Positions 29,080-39,590 are shown, counted from the stretch's first letter. The stretch: DNA of 64,000 nt from Terriglobia bacterium (GCA_963664115.2 CAXWPJ010000009.1:544001-608000), one strand, 5' to 3'. The notes: a model not told the origin generated them from the sequence alone. Made by a program: numbers and translations.

Positions 29080-31083
29080 TTACCGGATCCGACTGAGGGC
29101 CCGGCTTCCACTCGCCAAGAGCGCACGCGCCCGGGCGCCAACCGTGCGCGCCAACTGAACAGCTGCCCGCAGGGGAGCCGTCAGCTTCCATGACTTCGAA
29201 CGCGTAATACTGTCGATCTGATCATTCAATTGGGCGATACAGCCGGCCCTTTGGGTGTCTGCACGCATCCAGTATAGCTGGCGCTCTTGCACTTTGATCC
29301 GCTCACGCAATTCTTTTATCTCGGTAGAGGAGAAAGCACGACCGTTCTCCAATAGCGGCGGGTGCGGTATTGATTGCGTCAGAAAATCCTCCAGCGGCGG
29401 CACTCGCATTTGGCCTGTGAACAAGAATCCAGGTTCCTCCAAAGCCAGCGTGGGAACGTATTCGATATCGTCCTGTATCGCCACAGACCAGCGCTGGGTC
29501 ATGCGCTCGCATTCATCGCGTGCCCGTAGCGACGAATGCGCATTCGGACCCCGACTCACCGATTCGTGGTGTATCAATCGGACATGGGGACAAAACAGAA
29601 CCCGAAAGCCAGAAGACTTCAGTTTCAGACAGTAATCAACGTCGTTGTAATCCACTGCCAGGTTCTCATCTAAACCACCCACCGCATCAAACGCTTTACG
29701 ATTTGTCGCCATGCAGGCCGCCGTCACAGCGGAGACATTCTGCACTCCTTGGCCCAATGTGGTGTCTTCTAGCCAAGCCTCCGGCATATTGACGCCGAGG
29801 TGTCCTGCTATGCCGCCCCTCGCACCAAGAACAATGCCGGCGTGTTGGATACTGCGGTCCGGATAGAGCAACAGCGCCCCTACCGCGCCCACTCCCGGCT
29901 GCAACACTTCACGCACCATCGCTAATAGCCAGTCCGGTTCTATGATTTCTACGTCATTGTTCAAGAGCAGGAGGACGTCGCCCGAACTGTGTTCGACGGC
30001 CAGGTTATTCAGAGCCGAAAAATTGAAGGGCGTATCGCTTCTGAGCACCGTTACATCGGGCCGTTGTTTCGCTTCGTCGAGAAAGTCCAGAGTTTCCTGC
30101 TCCCGGCTGCCATTGTCGACGATTATGGTCTCGATGAAAGCGTAGTTCGTGTCGTTCCACAATCCATCACACACGCGGCCGAGATGTGACAAACAATCGC
30201 GCGTCGGGATAATCACCGAAACCTTGGGCCAGGCTGAGGCCTCAAAGTCGATCGACCGCCGTCCTTTAGTCGTCTCTCGCACCGACCCGCTCTGATGTGT
30301 TTCCGAAAGAAAGTGTCGGACCTGTTGCGCTTCATCCCCAGCGCGCTCGACGCTGGGCGTGCGTCCATCTTGACAAAACAACACGTAGGGGAGATGCACC
30401 ACCTGAACTGGGGACAGCGCCCGCGCAGTGTGAATCAACAGGCCGTACGGCCACGCCAGATTGTCCAGCGCTAAATGGCCAGCATTTTCTACACAGTCGG
30501 CTCGGGTCGCAAACGCATACCCCACGTAGTTCGATGCCAATATCAAACGCGGGTCCCAACCCTTCTTCAGCAGCGGTGAAAGAGTACCCTCTCCGTCAAG
30601 AGCTTCTTCGTCGAAATAAACGACGCCTGTATCCGCACACTGATTCCATTGCAGCAACAGAGTGTTCAGAAGAACTTTGGAGCATCGGCCGGGCGTCGCC
30701 ACAAACAGCAACAATTCTTCATTTCGCAAGCCGATCCGGACTGACACGTCATGCCACGTCATGCCCTGCTGTACTTGGACCGTCTCGACGGCACTCCGCT
30801 TGTCCCCCGCTTCATCCCAGATACTTCCTATAGTGTCGTCGTGGGATGTGTCGTACAGCACACAGATCTCGAAAGAACGGTAAAGCTGATTATCGAGACT
30901 GTGAAGGACTGTGCGGAGGCTGGCCCTAGGATCGCGAAACGCACGCACATCGATAATTACGCGAAAGTTCAACTGCTGGGACAAACCCACTGTGCGCTCC
31001 ATTATCAGCGTGTGCGCGCAAGACACGGACCGATCGGATTCCTCAGCCCAGCGGCTATATATGGATTCGGGCGCGTTATTCAT
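29080..31083 (-). CDS. GT2 glycosyltransferase (degenerate plus intact GT-A domain), C-terminal coil
   Basis: VSVIIPTRD, PFNFSALNN, LLNNDVE, SAVTAAC, YNDVDYCL and HHESVSRG motifs; SKSWKLTAPLR. Confidence 0.92.
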   Translation of the reverse strand: MNNAPESIYSRWAEESDRSVSCAHTLIMERTVGLSQQLNFRVIIDVRAFRDPRASLRTVLHSLDNQLYRSFEICVLYDTSHDDTIGSIWDEAGDKRSAVETVQVQQGMTWHDVSVRIGLRNEELLLFVATPGRCSKVLLNTLLLQWNQCADTGVVYFDEEALDGEGTLSPLLKKGWDPRLILASNYVGYAFATRADCVENAGHLALDNLAWPYGLLIHTARALSPVQVVHLPYVLFCQDGRTPSVERAGDEAQQVRHFLSETHQSGSVRETTKGRRSIDFEASAWPKVSVIIPTRDCLSHLGRVCDGLWNDTNYAFIETIIVDNGSREQETLDFLDEAKQRPDVTVLRSDTPFNFSALNNLAVEHSSGDVLLLLNNDVEIIEPDWLLAMVREVLQPGVGAVGALLLYPDRSIQHAGIVLGARGGIAGHLGVNMPEAWLEDTTLGQGVQNVSAVTAACMATNRKAFDAVGGLDENLAVDYNDVDYCLKLKSSGFRVLFCPHVRLIHHESVSRGPNAHSSLRARDECERMTQRWSVAIQDDIEYVPTLALEEPGFLFTGQMRVPPLEDFLTQSIPHPPLLENGRAFSSTEIKELRERIKVQERQLYWMRADTQRAGCIAQLNDQIDSITRSKSWKLTAPLRAAVQLARTVGARARALLASGSRALSRIR

Positions 31084-31101
31084 CCATCACAGGCCGACAC
31101 G

Positions 31102-31746
31102 TCAATTACGCATCAAAAAACCGCCCGGCCCGAAGGTAAAGCCAAAACGCGTCTCACGGCGCACGTCCCGCCGATAGTCGTCCGGGTATTCCCGCATATA
31201 GGCCTCCATGGCTTCCTTCGGGCCTTCACCCCAACCCGGGAGAACCGGGTGTCCGTTGATATTGGAGTCCTCCACAACCATGTAGTCCCCTCTATCTGTA
31301 ACGGCCCGCAACAGTTTCATCTCGGCGATCACGTGGTCCTTGCTGTGGTCACTGTCGAGGATGGAGAAGATCGGCCCGCTGTATTGTTTCCTCAAATCCA
31401 CAATTCTGTCAGCAACGCTGGAATCAGTGGATGAGCACATCATGAATTCGATGTCGCGGTCTTGTTTCGCGGCATCCGGGACCAGGCTGTGGTCCACGTC
31501 TACAGTCAATATATGGTGCGGGCTAACAATCTGGCGCAAGATGACAGAGAAAAACAAGGCTGAACCACCCGCGTGAGTACCGAATTCAACGAGCAGTTGT
31601 GGTTTCAATTCATGAAGTATTTCCTGATAATTCCACAGATCACTGACTGATTTCTGTACCGAAACACCCAGAAATTCGGTTGTTTTCCACACTTCCGAAT
31701 CGTAATACCAATGGTGATATGCTTCGCATACATCCGCGTCCCGCAT
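31102..31746 (-). CDS. CmcI / cephalosporin-hydroxylase family (rhamnosyl O-)methyltransferase
   Basis: DLWNYQEI, EFGTHAGGSA, LDSDHSKDHV and GDYMVVED motifs. Confidence 0.9.
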   Translation of the reverse strand: MRDADVCEAYHHWYYDSEVWKTTEFLGVSVQKSVSDLWNYQEILHELKPQLLVEFGTHAGGSALFFSVILRQIVSPHHILTVDVDHSLVPDAAKQDRDIEFMMCSSTDSSVADRIVDLRKQYSGPIFSILDSDHSKDHVIAEMKLLRAVTDRGDYMVVEDSNINGHPVLPGWGEGPKEAMEAYMREYPDDYRRDVRRETRFGFTFGPGGFLMRN

Positions 31747-31774
31747 TGTTTCTCCTGCTCTAAGTAATCCGCAA

Positions 31775-32692
31775 CTATTTACTGGCCGTCCAAAAAGCGG
31801 GAAATGAGTTCCAAAGCCACCACTGGCCGGGTTGGGCAAGAACCCTTTCCTCGAGCGGCGCCAAGAGCTTTCCAAATGCCTGTTCCTCATCAAGGGCGTC
31901 GATGTTTACAGGTGGCAGGAACTCCCCAACCAGGCGCTGGCGTTCTTCGATCCCGAAATATGGAATAAGCGTGGCGCCGGTTGTTTGCGCGATCCGAACA
32001 ATGCCTTTATAAAAACGCGCCAGACCCTGCACGAACGGCGCCTGAACACATTTTCCGGGTTCTTCGAAACAAGCAACATCTATCAAGATGATCAAAATGC
32101 CACGATCGTCCCTCAGATAGGAATACAGGCCGCGCATGGAGTCGCCAAGATAGAAGAAAGGCCCCTGCATGGCGGCTGCCATGTACGCGAGTTTCTTATC
32201 CCGGTAGTTCTTTTCAACCGCATTCAGACCTTCAGTATGATTCGTGAGACAACCAGTCGAAATCGATCGCGCGCCAAGCGCTATAGCCGGCATAACAAGA
32301 CGCCCATAGTGACCCGTGTACAGTATGACCGGCTCGTTCTTCGACCGTGCCCGCTCTAAGTGTTCCAGGCCTCGGAAGCGAATGAAGTTCTCGTAATTTG
32401 AGACATTGATCCTTCGATAAAAGAAGCTGTCCAGGATCTCTCGCTCTCGGAGACCATAGTAATACTGCACTTGCCGCTCGGCATCGACGCTGTGCGCATC
32501 ACAAGACAGCGCATTGCTAATTATGGACGTCAGATAGCGGCGTGGCTTCCTGTCTGCCGCAAAAACGCAACGGCCGTAGAGAGTCACCACTCTGTATCCG
32601 ACGCCACACGGCAGCAAGGACAGCAACGGCAACACGACGTGGTATTTCAACCACAACCCCACCACGAAAATGCCAGCGAATAGCTTCTTCAT
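31775..32692 (-). CDS. LpxL/HtrB-like (LPLAT) acyltransferase
   Basis: GLEHL, TGHYG and P.QWWLW motifs. Confidence 0.8.
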   Translation of the reverse strand: MKKLFAGIFVVGLWLKYHVVLPLLSLLPCGVGYRVVTLYGRCVFAADRKPRRYLTSIISNALSCDAHSVDAERQVQYYYGLREREILDSFFYRRINVSNYENFIRFRGLEHLERARSKNEPVILYTGHYGRLVMPAIALGARSISTGCLTNHTEGLNAVEKNYRDKKLAYMAAAMQGPFFYLGDSMRGLYSYLRDDRGILIILIDVACFEEPGKCVQAPFVQGLARFYKGIVRIAQTTGATLIPYFGIEERQRLVGEFLPPVNIDALDEEQAFGKLLAPLEERVLAQPGQWWLWNSFPAFWTASK

Positions 32693-32696
32693 TTTC

Positions 32697-33947
32697 CTAG
32701 CTTTTCCACTCGTGTGGAATATACACACTACCCAATTCGCGCCCGGCATTGCGCACAGTGAAAGGATGTACGTATTCCGCCTGGTCATAGACGTGCAGTC
32801 CTGTCTCGTCCAGGACGAACACACTGATGAGATAGTCTCCCGAAAGAATTGGGAGCCGGGGGATCGACAGAATGAGTTCATCCTTAGTTTCGCCTGACAG
32901 GTGTGCGGGATGTTCCTCGAAATGCGTGCCGGTGCCAAAAATCCGTTCACGGTCGCTGCGGTAAATGATGACACCCACATGATACGTAGTGTGGCTATCG
33001 AAGAACTTCAGCCGGACTCTGATAGCCATGTCCGAAAACGACTTGAACTTCTCACTGGGAATTCCCTCCTCATCCAGCAGGTCGATTTCCCGGATTCGCA
33101 CCGGCGTAAAGGTTTGCTGTCCCGGCGCTGTTTCAGGCACAACCATTTCCTTCTCAGCTTCCTTCTCAGCTTCCTTCTCAGCTTTACCTCCCTTTACCTT
33201 CATCTGGCCCTTGCTTTTTTTCTGTTCGTAACTCTCATAGCGCGCCACAACCTCTTCGGTTTCCCCCATCGCCATGACCTGACCCCGGTGCAACCAAACA
33301 ACCCGACTGCATAAGGCTCGGATCTGGTAGAGATTGTGCGAGCAAAACAAGACGGTCTTTCCGCCATCACAAAAACTCATGATCCGATCGAGACTCTTTT
33401 TCTGAAAATGCATATCGCCAACCGACAACGCCTCATCGATTACGAGCACGTCGGGACTAACGTTGGTTGCGACAGCAAACGCCAGACGCATGAACATACC
33501 TGTAGAATATGTCTTGACCGGACGGTTCAAGACATCGTCGGACAACTCCGAAAATGCGGCCGTCTGTTGGAAGTAGTTGTCCATGTCTTTGGGCCCCACA
33601 CCATTGAGTGCTCCCAAGAGGTATACGTTCTGCCGTCCCGTTTCGGCCGGATGAAACCCAGTACCCAGTTCCAGGAGAGCAGCCACCCTGCCATGAACGG
33701 CGACCGCTCCCTGGGTAGGAATACTGGTTCCCGCCACCAGCTTGAGCAAAGTGCTTTTGCCGGCACCGTTCTCTCCAATGACGCCGAAGGTTTCACCGTC
33801 CTGAATGGAAAGGCTCACACCCTCGAGAGCGCGGTGGACCACAAATCTTGAATTTCGACTGAAGAGGTCCCACAGACGGTCCGCGGGCCGTTCATACGAG
33901 CGGTACGCTTTAGCGACTTCAGTCAGTTGTACGGCAGGCGCCAACAA
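32697..33947 (-). CDS. wzt: polysaccharide ABC exporter ATPase with C-terminal carbohydrate-binding domain
   Basis: GENGAGKST, YSTGMFMRLAF and DEALSVGD motifs; Wzt_C-type tail; GGAGG RBS before TTG 33947. Confidence 0.93.
   Translation of the reverse strand: MLAPAVQLTEVAKAYRSYERPADRLWDLFSRNSRFVVHRALEGVSLSIQDGETFGVIGENGAGKSTLLKLVAGTSIPTQGAVAVHGRVAALLELGTGFHPAETGRQNVYLLGALNGVGPKDMDNYFQQTAAFSELSDDVLNRPVKTYSTGMFMRLAFAVATNVSPDVLVIDEALSVGDMHFQKKSLDRIMSFCDGGKTVLFCSHNLYQIRALCSRVVWLHRGQVMAMGETEEVVARYESYEQKKSKGQMKVKGGKAEKEAEKEAEKEMVVPETAPGQQTFTPVRIREIDLLDEEGIPSEKFKSFSDMAIRVRLKFFDSHTTYHVGVIIYRSDRERIFGTGTHFEEHPAHLSGETKDELILSIPRLPILSGDYLISVFVLDETGLHVYDQAEYVHPFTVRNAGRELGSVYIPHEWKS
33147..33184. repeat. 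12-bp tandem repeat x3 (AEKE) in the Wzt linker
   Basis: TTCCTTCTCAGC three times. Confidence 0.9.
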
Positions 33948-33964
33948 TGGATTCCTCCGCGCCA

Positions 33965-34744
33965 CTAGAAATAATCCTCCACCGAAGGTTGGATCAGGCG
34001 GAACAGGAACACGCCACCAAAGCCCAACAGGAGAACCCAAAACGCCAGGAGCCACAGGCTTTGCACGTTGATATCGAAACCGAGCAACGCGGCATGATAC
34101 AGATCGATCAGCGGGTAGGCTGGATTCAGCAATGGAATCCAACTCATAGCTTCAGGAATCATCGTGCTGGGGTAGACGATTGGCGTACAGTAAAACAGTA
34201 GTTGGGTCACCAGCGGGAGCACCTGCAATACGTCCCGTAAATGTACGCTCAGCACGGCGAGAGTCAATCCCGCACCCAGCACAACAAAAACCTGTGCAAG
34301 CAGCAGCACGGGCAGAAGATACAAACCGGAGATCTCCAGCTGACCCGTGACAAGTAACAGCAGCATGAGTAATCCCATACCGACAAACTGTTGCAACAAA
34401 CTGGTAACCACAACAGTAGCCGGAAATATCGCCAATGGGACAACGGTTTTCTTGATGAACTCCTCCTGCTCTACCAGCGCGCCCGCGGAACGGTTCAGTC
34501 CCTCAGCCACGCTCATCCAAGGTATTAAGCCGGCCAAAAGATAAAAGAAAAAACCCAGATCCCCCGGTAGCTCTTCAATACGCACCCTGAGAATGAGGGA
34601 AAACACGAAGTAATACAGGACGATGTTAAACAACGGGGTAACGACCGACCACGCCAAGCCACCCATGGAACCAAGGTAGCGCCCACGCAAATCGCGCTGG
34701 ATCCACATGAGAAAAAAATGCTGTCTGCCTTTCAGTTCGCGCAT
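33965..34744 (-). CDS. wzm: polysaccharide ABC exporter permease
   Basis: RYLGSMGGLAW, RD, TPIVYP and LNP motifs; multiple TM helices. Confidence 0.93.
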   Translation of the reverse strand: MRELKGRQHFFLMWIQRDLRGRYLGSMGGLAWSVVTPLFNIVLYYFVFSLILRVRIEELPGDLGFFFYLLAGLIPWMSVAEGLNRSAGALVEQEEFIKKTVVPLAIFPATVVVTSLLQQFVGMGLLMLLLLVTGQLEISGLYLLPVLLLAQVFVVLGAGLTLAVLSVHLRDVLQVLPLVTQLLFYCTPIVYPSTMIPEAMSWIPLLNPAYPLIDLYHAALLGFDINVQSLWLLAFWVLLLGFGGVFLFRLIQPSVEDYF

Positions 34745-34878
34745 GGAATGAGGGATGTTGACTCCGCGTGATCGCCGGCAAGCGGCAGGAGCACATTGTA
34801 GAAAGCCGGCGCGTCAGATTACGGATCCCCGTATTCGAGGCCTGGCAGTCCGTGGCGGCTCACATCCGACACAGGAAA

Positions 34879-36903
34879 TCACCCGATGATTTCTTGGATT
34901 TCTTTCAGCTTCTGTTTCAGTTCTTCGGTTGCCTGATCGGCCTCCTCGGTGTCTCTAATGACATGAGGGGTGATCAGAATGATCAGCTCAGTCCGAGTTG
35001 TGCTGTTACTGGTACTTCCAAACAAAGCGCCCAATACAGGAATCCTTCCGATCAATGGCACTCGACTCTCGACCTGTTGACGGCTCTCACGGATAAAGCC
35101 GCCGAGGGCGATCGTCTGACCATCCTGGACAACAATGGTTGACTCCACCGACGATTTACCGATTACGGGAGCCACGATGCCCGAGGTTGTGTTCGCACTC
35201 GCTTGACTGACTTCCTGGGATATCGAGAGCGTAACCCGTCCGCTTTCTGTGATCTGTGGAAGAACACTCATAATCACGCCGGTCGTACGGAATTGGATCG
35301 TTTGAGCAAATGCGAAAATGTCTGTGCTGCCAGCGTTAGGATTAACCGCCGAGGTCGTAGGCACCGGAATATCTGCTCCGACTTCAAAAGTGGCCACCAT
35401 GTTGTCGCTGACAAGAACCGAGGGCGCTGAAATAGTACGCACGCGGGAACGATTCTCGGAAGCATTTAGAAATGCCAAAAGTTCCCTCGACCGGCCTACA
35501 AATGCGAAGGTCTGGGCACCGAGCAAACCGCCATTTGTAAACGACGCAGTGGTCTGTGGGTTGGCCAGCGTGCCTCGATTCTGAAGCGTTGCCGACAGGC
35601 CAAAAGAGAGCGAGTCGTCCAGAACGACTTCGTATATTTGCGCGTCGATCAACACCTGTCGGGCCAGAACATCCAACTGACTGAGCGTCCGTTCGATCTC
35701 GGCATATTCCTGAGGAGTCGCCTGGATTATCAGAGAATTCGTAATGGGATCGGCCACGATTCGAATGTTCTGCTCTAAAAATGTCGAATCGAAAGACGGC
35801 ACGGGTTGGACCGTGCCGTCAGGTAAACCAATCTGTCCCGGGCCTGTTCCCGGCAGAGCTGCGGGGATCGGTGCGGCGACCGGATTGCGGCCGTAGAGTT
35901 GGGCCAGAACTCTCTGGAGGTCTGCGGCCTTGGAGTTTCTGACTCTATAGACGAAAACCTGAACGCCACCGCTTTGCAGCGGCTGATCCAATCGCAGCAA
36001 CCATTCTTCCACTTCCGGAAAAACTGAGGCATTGGGCGTTACGACGAGAATAGAGTTGAGACGTTCAATCGGAACGAAGCGAATGGCCGTCGTTTCGCCC
36101 GAGAGGGCATAGCCAGCAAAAATCGATCTCAAATCCGGAATGAGATCGCTGGGAAAGGCGTTCTCCACAGCGAACATGCGGACACGTTCGCCTTCGAACG
36201 CGCCCGCATCAAAGATATCCACGATATCCAGCAGCTTTCTAAGGTTGCCCCGGCGTTCGCTGACCAGCAAGATGTTGCCCGAATCGTAAACGACGATGTT
36301 TCCGGCGTCGCTGAGGTATGGCGTCAACAGCTGCGACATCTCGGTCGCCGCCACGTACCGCATACGGACAACCTGGATGACGATTCGATCATCGGGCGCC
36401 ACCTGCTGGAACACATCGTTCTGGAGAGGCACCGGCTCCCGAACAGCCGTATTGGCAGGAACAATCTGGTAGAAGTTCCCCGTCTGGATCATCGTGGCCC
36501 CGTTGATCTTCAGGATCGTTTCCAGAAGCGGCAGGAGATCCGATGTTCGCAGCGTATCGGAAGTGCTGATGTTCACCGTTCCCTGGACGGCGGGGTCGAT
36601 CACGTAGTTCAATGCCAGCGCGTCGCCAATGATACGGATGACCTGGTAGATGTCGGCATTGTCGAGAATGAGTGAAATCGGCGCGTCAGAATCGTCGGCC
36701 TCTTCTTGCTCGACAGCAGCCGCCGCTGGAACCGCGTCTGCCTGGACTTCTGTCGGAGCTTCTATCTGAACCGGAACCGGCCCAAACGGTGTCTGAATGA
36801 CGGCCCCATCCTGCTCTGGGTCGACGGGCACTTCCTGGGCTATGATCGGCGCCGCACAGAGGAAGCCAAACCACAATATTGCTTTGGATATTCGAATGTT
36901 CAT
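34879..36903 (-). CDS. gspD: type II secretion secretin GspD
   Basis: N0-N3 domains; QVLIDAQIYEV, VQDGQTIALGG, VPLIGRIP.LG.LF and TELIILITPHV motifs. Confidence 0.96.
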   Translation of the reverse strand: MNIRISKAILWFGFLCAAPIIAQEVPVDPEQDGAVIQTPFGPVPVQIEAPTEVQADAVPAAAAVEQEEADDSDAPISLILDNADIYQVIRIIGDALALNYVIDPAVQGTVNISTSDTLRTSDLLPLLETILKINGATMIQTGNFYQIVPANTAVREPVPLQNDVFQQVAPDDRIVIQVVRMRYVAATEMSQLLTPYLSDAGNIVVYDSGNILLVSERRGNLRKLLDIVDIFDAGAFEGERVRMFAVENAFPSDLIPDLRSIFAGYALSGETTAIRFVPIERLNSILVVTPNASVFPEVEEWLLRLDQPLQSGGVQVFVYRVRNSKAADLQRVLAQLYGRNPVAAPIPAALPGTGPGQIGLPDGTVQPVPSFDSTFLEQNIRIVADPITNSLIIQATPQEYAEIERTLSQLDVLARQVLIDAQIYEVVLDDSLSFGLSATLQNRGTLANPQTTASFTNGGLLGAQTFAFVGRSRELLAFLNASENRSRVRTISAPSVLVSDNMVATFEVGADIPVPTTSAVNPNAGSTDIFAFAQTIQFRTTGVIMSVLPQITESGRVTLSISQEVSQASANTTSGIVAPVIGKSSVESTIVVQDGQTIALGGFIRESRQQVESRVPLIGRIPVLGALFGSTSNSTTRTELIILITPHVIRDTEEADQATEELKQKLKEIQEIIG

Positions 36904-37640
36904 CAATCTTGTACCTGAAACCTTCCCCATGGGGTCACGACGATTCGCGTACCGGGTGCTGGCTCGTCGTTCGGACCCAGCCGCACAGGCGCTGTCGTTA
37001 TTCGAGGCACAGCCGTAGCTGGCGCCACCGTGGCTGAGGCCGTCGGGGCCAATACCGCCGATGTCTCAGCCTCGACAGGTTCTGAAGCCACGACGACGGG
37101 TTCATTCGAGCGTGCTCTATTGGTCGCTCTCACCGTTTCCCGGGGGATGGACGCGGAAGGATCGTTCATGATGAGGGTTTGCTGGACCGCATTGGCTTCG
37201 ACCACAACCGATTTGCCCTGAATCTCGACCAATCGCCATCCATCAACACTCTCACCCACACGGATAGGCTGGTAGGACCGGGCATTACCGGCGCCGGCCG
37301 GCGCCAGCATCGCCATCAAATCGCCACCGAGCGACATCGTCCCTACCAAGAGCGGCTTGTCACCCACTACAACGGGGCCCGCGTCGGGAAGATACGCGAC
37401 GTCGGACCGGTCGAAGCTGAAAGGATTCATCAACGCCACCTCATCCCAACCATTGGATGGAACTTCGGAAAGCGGCTCCGCCAGAGAGTCCAAGTCAAAC
37501 GCTTCGGCCTCAGGCTGAACGGTTGCAACCGTGTGCGTCATCTCAAACGTCTGCCAATCACGGTAGGCTGTCCAGGCCCCACCGGCCAGCAGCAACGCGA
37601 GAGTCAGGTTCAACAAGAGAAATCGTTGCCAGATTTTCAT
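36903..37640 (-). CDS. GspC-like T2SS component (no PDZ domain)
   Basis: TM helix, NPF, LVGT and GESVDGW.L..I (HR domain); TGATG overlap with gspD. Confidence 0.7.
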   Translation of the reverse strand: MKIWQRFLLLNLTLALLLAGGAWTAYRDWQTFEMTHTVATVQPEAEAFDLDSLAEPLSEVPSNGWDEVALMNPFSFDRSDVAYLPDAGPVVVGDKPLLVGTMSLGGDLMAMLAPAGAGNARSYQPIRVGESVDGWRLVEIQGKSVVVEANAVQQTLIMNDPSASIPRETVRATNRARSNEPVVVASEPVEAETSAVLAPTASATVAPATAVPRITTAPVRLGPNDEPAPGTRIVVTPWGRFQVQD

Positions 37641-38224
37641 AATGGATTGAGCACCAGGGCTCCTACGCTCAAGCTAACGCGGAGCGTCTTCTCTAGCTCT
37701 CCTTGGTCTGGAACTTCATGAACGACCTCGAGAGGACGAATTTCAATCGATCCAACGGTGAGGACCTTGGGCGCTACACGCAGGTCGGTGAGAAACTGGA
37801 CAAGCTGGTCCGGGGTCGCGTCGAACGATAAAGTCATCGTGGTTTCCCCAAAGTAATCGTCAAGTTGCCGCATCCCAACGATATTTCTCTGTTCGACTCC
37901 GATACCGGCCCCTTGGCTTGCTTCCTCGACAAGCGCTTGCAACTGGACTGAAGCCAGGCCTTCGCTTTCGGCTTGTATCCAGCGGCCGTCCAGTTCGGCT
38001 ACACGGTCGCGCGCCTCTGAGATAAGCTCGGTGTCGCGGGTCTGCCGTGACAACGCACGCCGGTATCTGCGGAGTTGATCTTCCTTGTCCACAGCCGCCT
38101 CGCTCGCTAAGGCCAAGCGATCATAGGCAGGGAAGACCAGCTCCGACATCGTCAGATACACTGCCAGTGCAAGGGTCAGGCCTATCAGGGCCCGCCGGTC
38201 GCGGTCTCGAATTTGAATCTTCAC
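37637..38224 (-). CDS. gspM: GspM/PilO-like inner-membrane component
   Basis: RDRRAL followed by a TM helix, coiled coil and QLVQFL..L ferredoxin-like domain. Confidence 0.8.
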   Translation of the reverse strand: MKIQIRDRDRRALIGLTLALAVYLTMSELVFPAYDRLALASEAAVDKEDQLRRYRRALSRQTRDTELISEARDRVAELDGRWIQAESEGLASVQLQALVEEASQGAGIGVEQRNIVGMRQLDDYFGETTMTLSFDATPDQLVQFLTDLRVAPKVLTVGSIEIRPLEVVHEVPDQGELEKTLRVSLSVGALVLNPL

Positions 38225-39549
38225 CGGGACGCCTCTACCGAAGCCCTTATGACGAAGCGATCCTTACCTGAACCGTCCCGCACTAAGGGAGAAATGAACT
38301 CCACATCACCTAACTGGACGCTGTCTTCCAGCAACTGTTGTAACTCAGCCGGGCTCTCGGAAAATCCTGAAATCGTTACCGTATTCCCTTCGTAACTGTA
38401 GCTGGACAGAAACGTTGCTGCAGGCAGGGACCGAGCCAATTCGGCGAGTGCCTCCAGGTTAGTGTCCCGGCCGGCCAGGTGGGTTATCGCAACTTCATAT
38501 TGCTCGTTGAGTTGGTTTAACTCGTTTTCCATCGCACTCACTTCGCCGACCTCGGCAGCCAGTCTCTCAATCTCTGCATCCAAACGAGCTGCGTAAGCAA
38601 CGTTCTGATACCCATCCTGAAACACATACACGAATCCCAAGCCCAGCAAAAGGACAAGCAGCGCTCCCGTGGGTATCCATTGCAGCCAATTCTGGCGGTA
38701 TCTTAGCTCTTCAGGTACAAGGTTCGTCCTAAACGCAGTGGATTTCAATCCGACAAGCGCCGCAGCGAGCACACCAAAAACGCCGGGCCGTGGGGTGACC
38801 GTCGATTCGACGGGCAGACGAACAGGATCCCATGGAACTGAATCCGACGACGCCCCATGGACGAGGACACGGACATCTTCGGGGGAATCCAAACGGCCAA
38901 GGGCCACGATCCTCTGGATCGATTCCTGAGCCAAGCGAGTGGTTTCTTCCCCGCTGTTTCGAACGGCAACAAAGCGGGGACCCTCTACAAGCAAACCCTC
39001 TACAGCGCCGGGTTCGCATCCAAGCACTATCGTGGGACTCGCTGGCCAGAGCGTCGTGGCGGCATGGGCCCAGGCCAGAGGCGCCAGACACGCGCCTGAA
39101 AGCCGCAATCCCGCATTACTGAACAACTCCAACCACGGGTCTAGATTTGCTCGTGGGACAATCGTCACCGACACCGTTACAGAGCGGGCACCTTTGGGAC
39201 CTCGCTCGAAGCCGTAGTCCCAATAGATCTCATCGGAGGACCAGGGACACCAAGATTCCAGCTGCAAGCCAATAGCCTCTTTCAATTCCTCTATTCCTTC
39301 GACGGGGAATTCAACCTGACGCACCATGCCCAGGTCATGCGAAAGAGACAGGAAGATGTGTGAGGTCGGGATTCGGTGACGGCGCAACAGTGAAACGAGA
39401 GCTTCGCGCTTCTCTTCGCTGGAAAGTTCGCCAAAACCCTCTACATACCATTGATTTACAAGATGGATCGTGTTCCAGACACGCCGGACTACCGCAACCC
39501 GCAGGTCGCTTCCCGCCAGTTCGAATCCGGCGCTGGTCTTCAGAATCAT
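38221..39549 (-). CDS. gspL: GspL-like (PilM-like plus PilN) component
   Basis: Cytoplasmic actin-like region, NLVP motif before the TM helix, then a PilN-like domain. Confidence 0.8.
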   Translation of the reverse strand: MILKTSAGFELAGSDLRVAVVRRVWNTIHLVNQWYVEGFGELSSEEKREALVSLLRRHRIPTSHIFLSLSHDLGMVRQVEFPVEGIEELKEAIGLQLESWCPWSSDEIYWDYGFERGPKGARSVTVSVTIVPRANLDPWLELFSNAGLRLSGACLAPLAWAHAATTLWPASPTIVLGCEPGAVEGLLVEGPRFVAVRNSGEETTRLAQESIQRIVALGRLDSPEDVRVLVHGASSDSVPWDPVRLPVESTVTPRPGVFGVLAAALVGLKSTAFRTNLVPEELRYRQNWLQWIPTGALLVLLLGLGFVYVFQDGYQNVAYAARLDAEIERLAAEVGEVSAMENELNQLNEQYEVAITHLAGRDTNLEALAELARSLPAATFLSSYSYEGNTVTISGFSESPAELQQLLEDSVQLGDVEFISPLVRDGSGKDRFVIRASVEASR

Positions 39550-39590
39550 ATCGGTACTTTCCTTCGAGCGAACGCGCCGCTTCCACTCTA

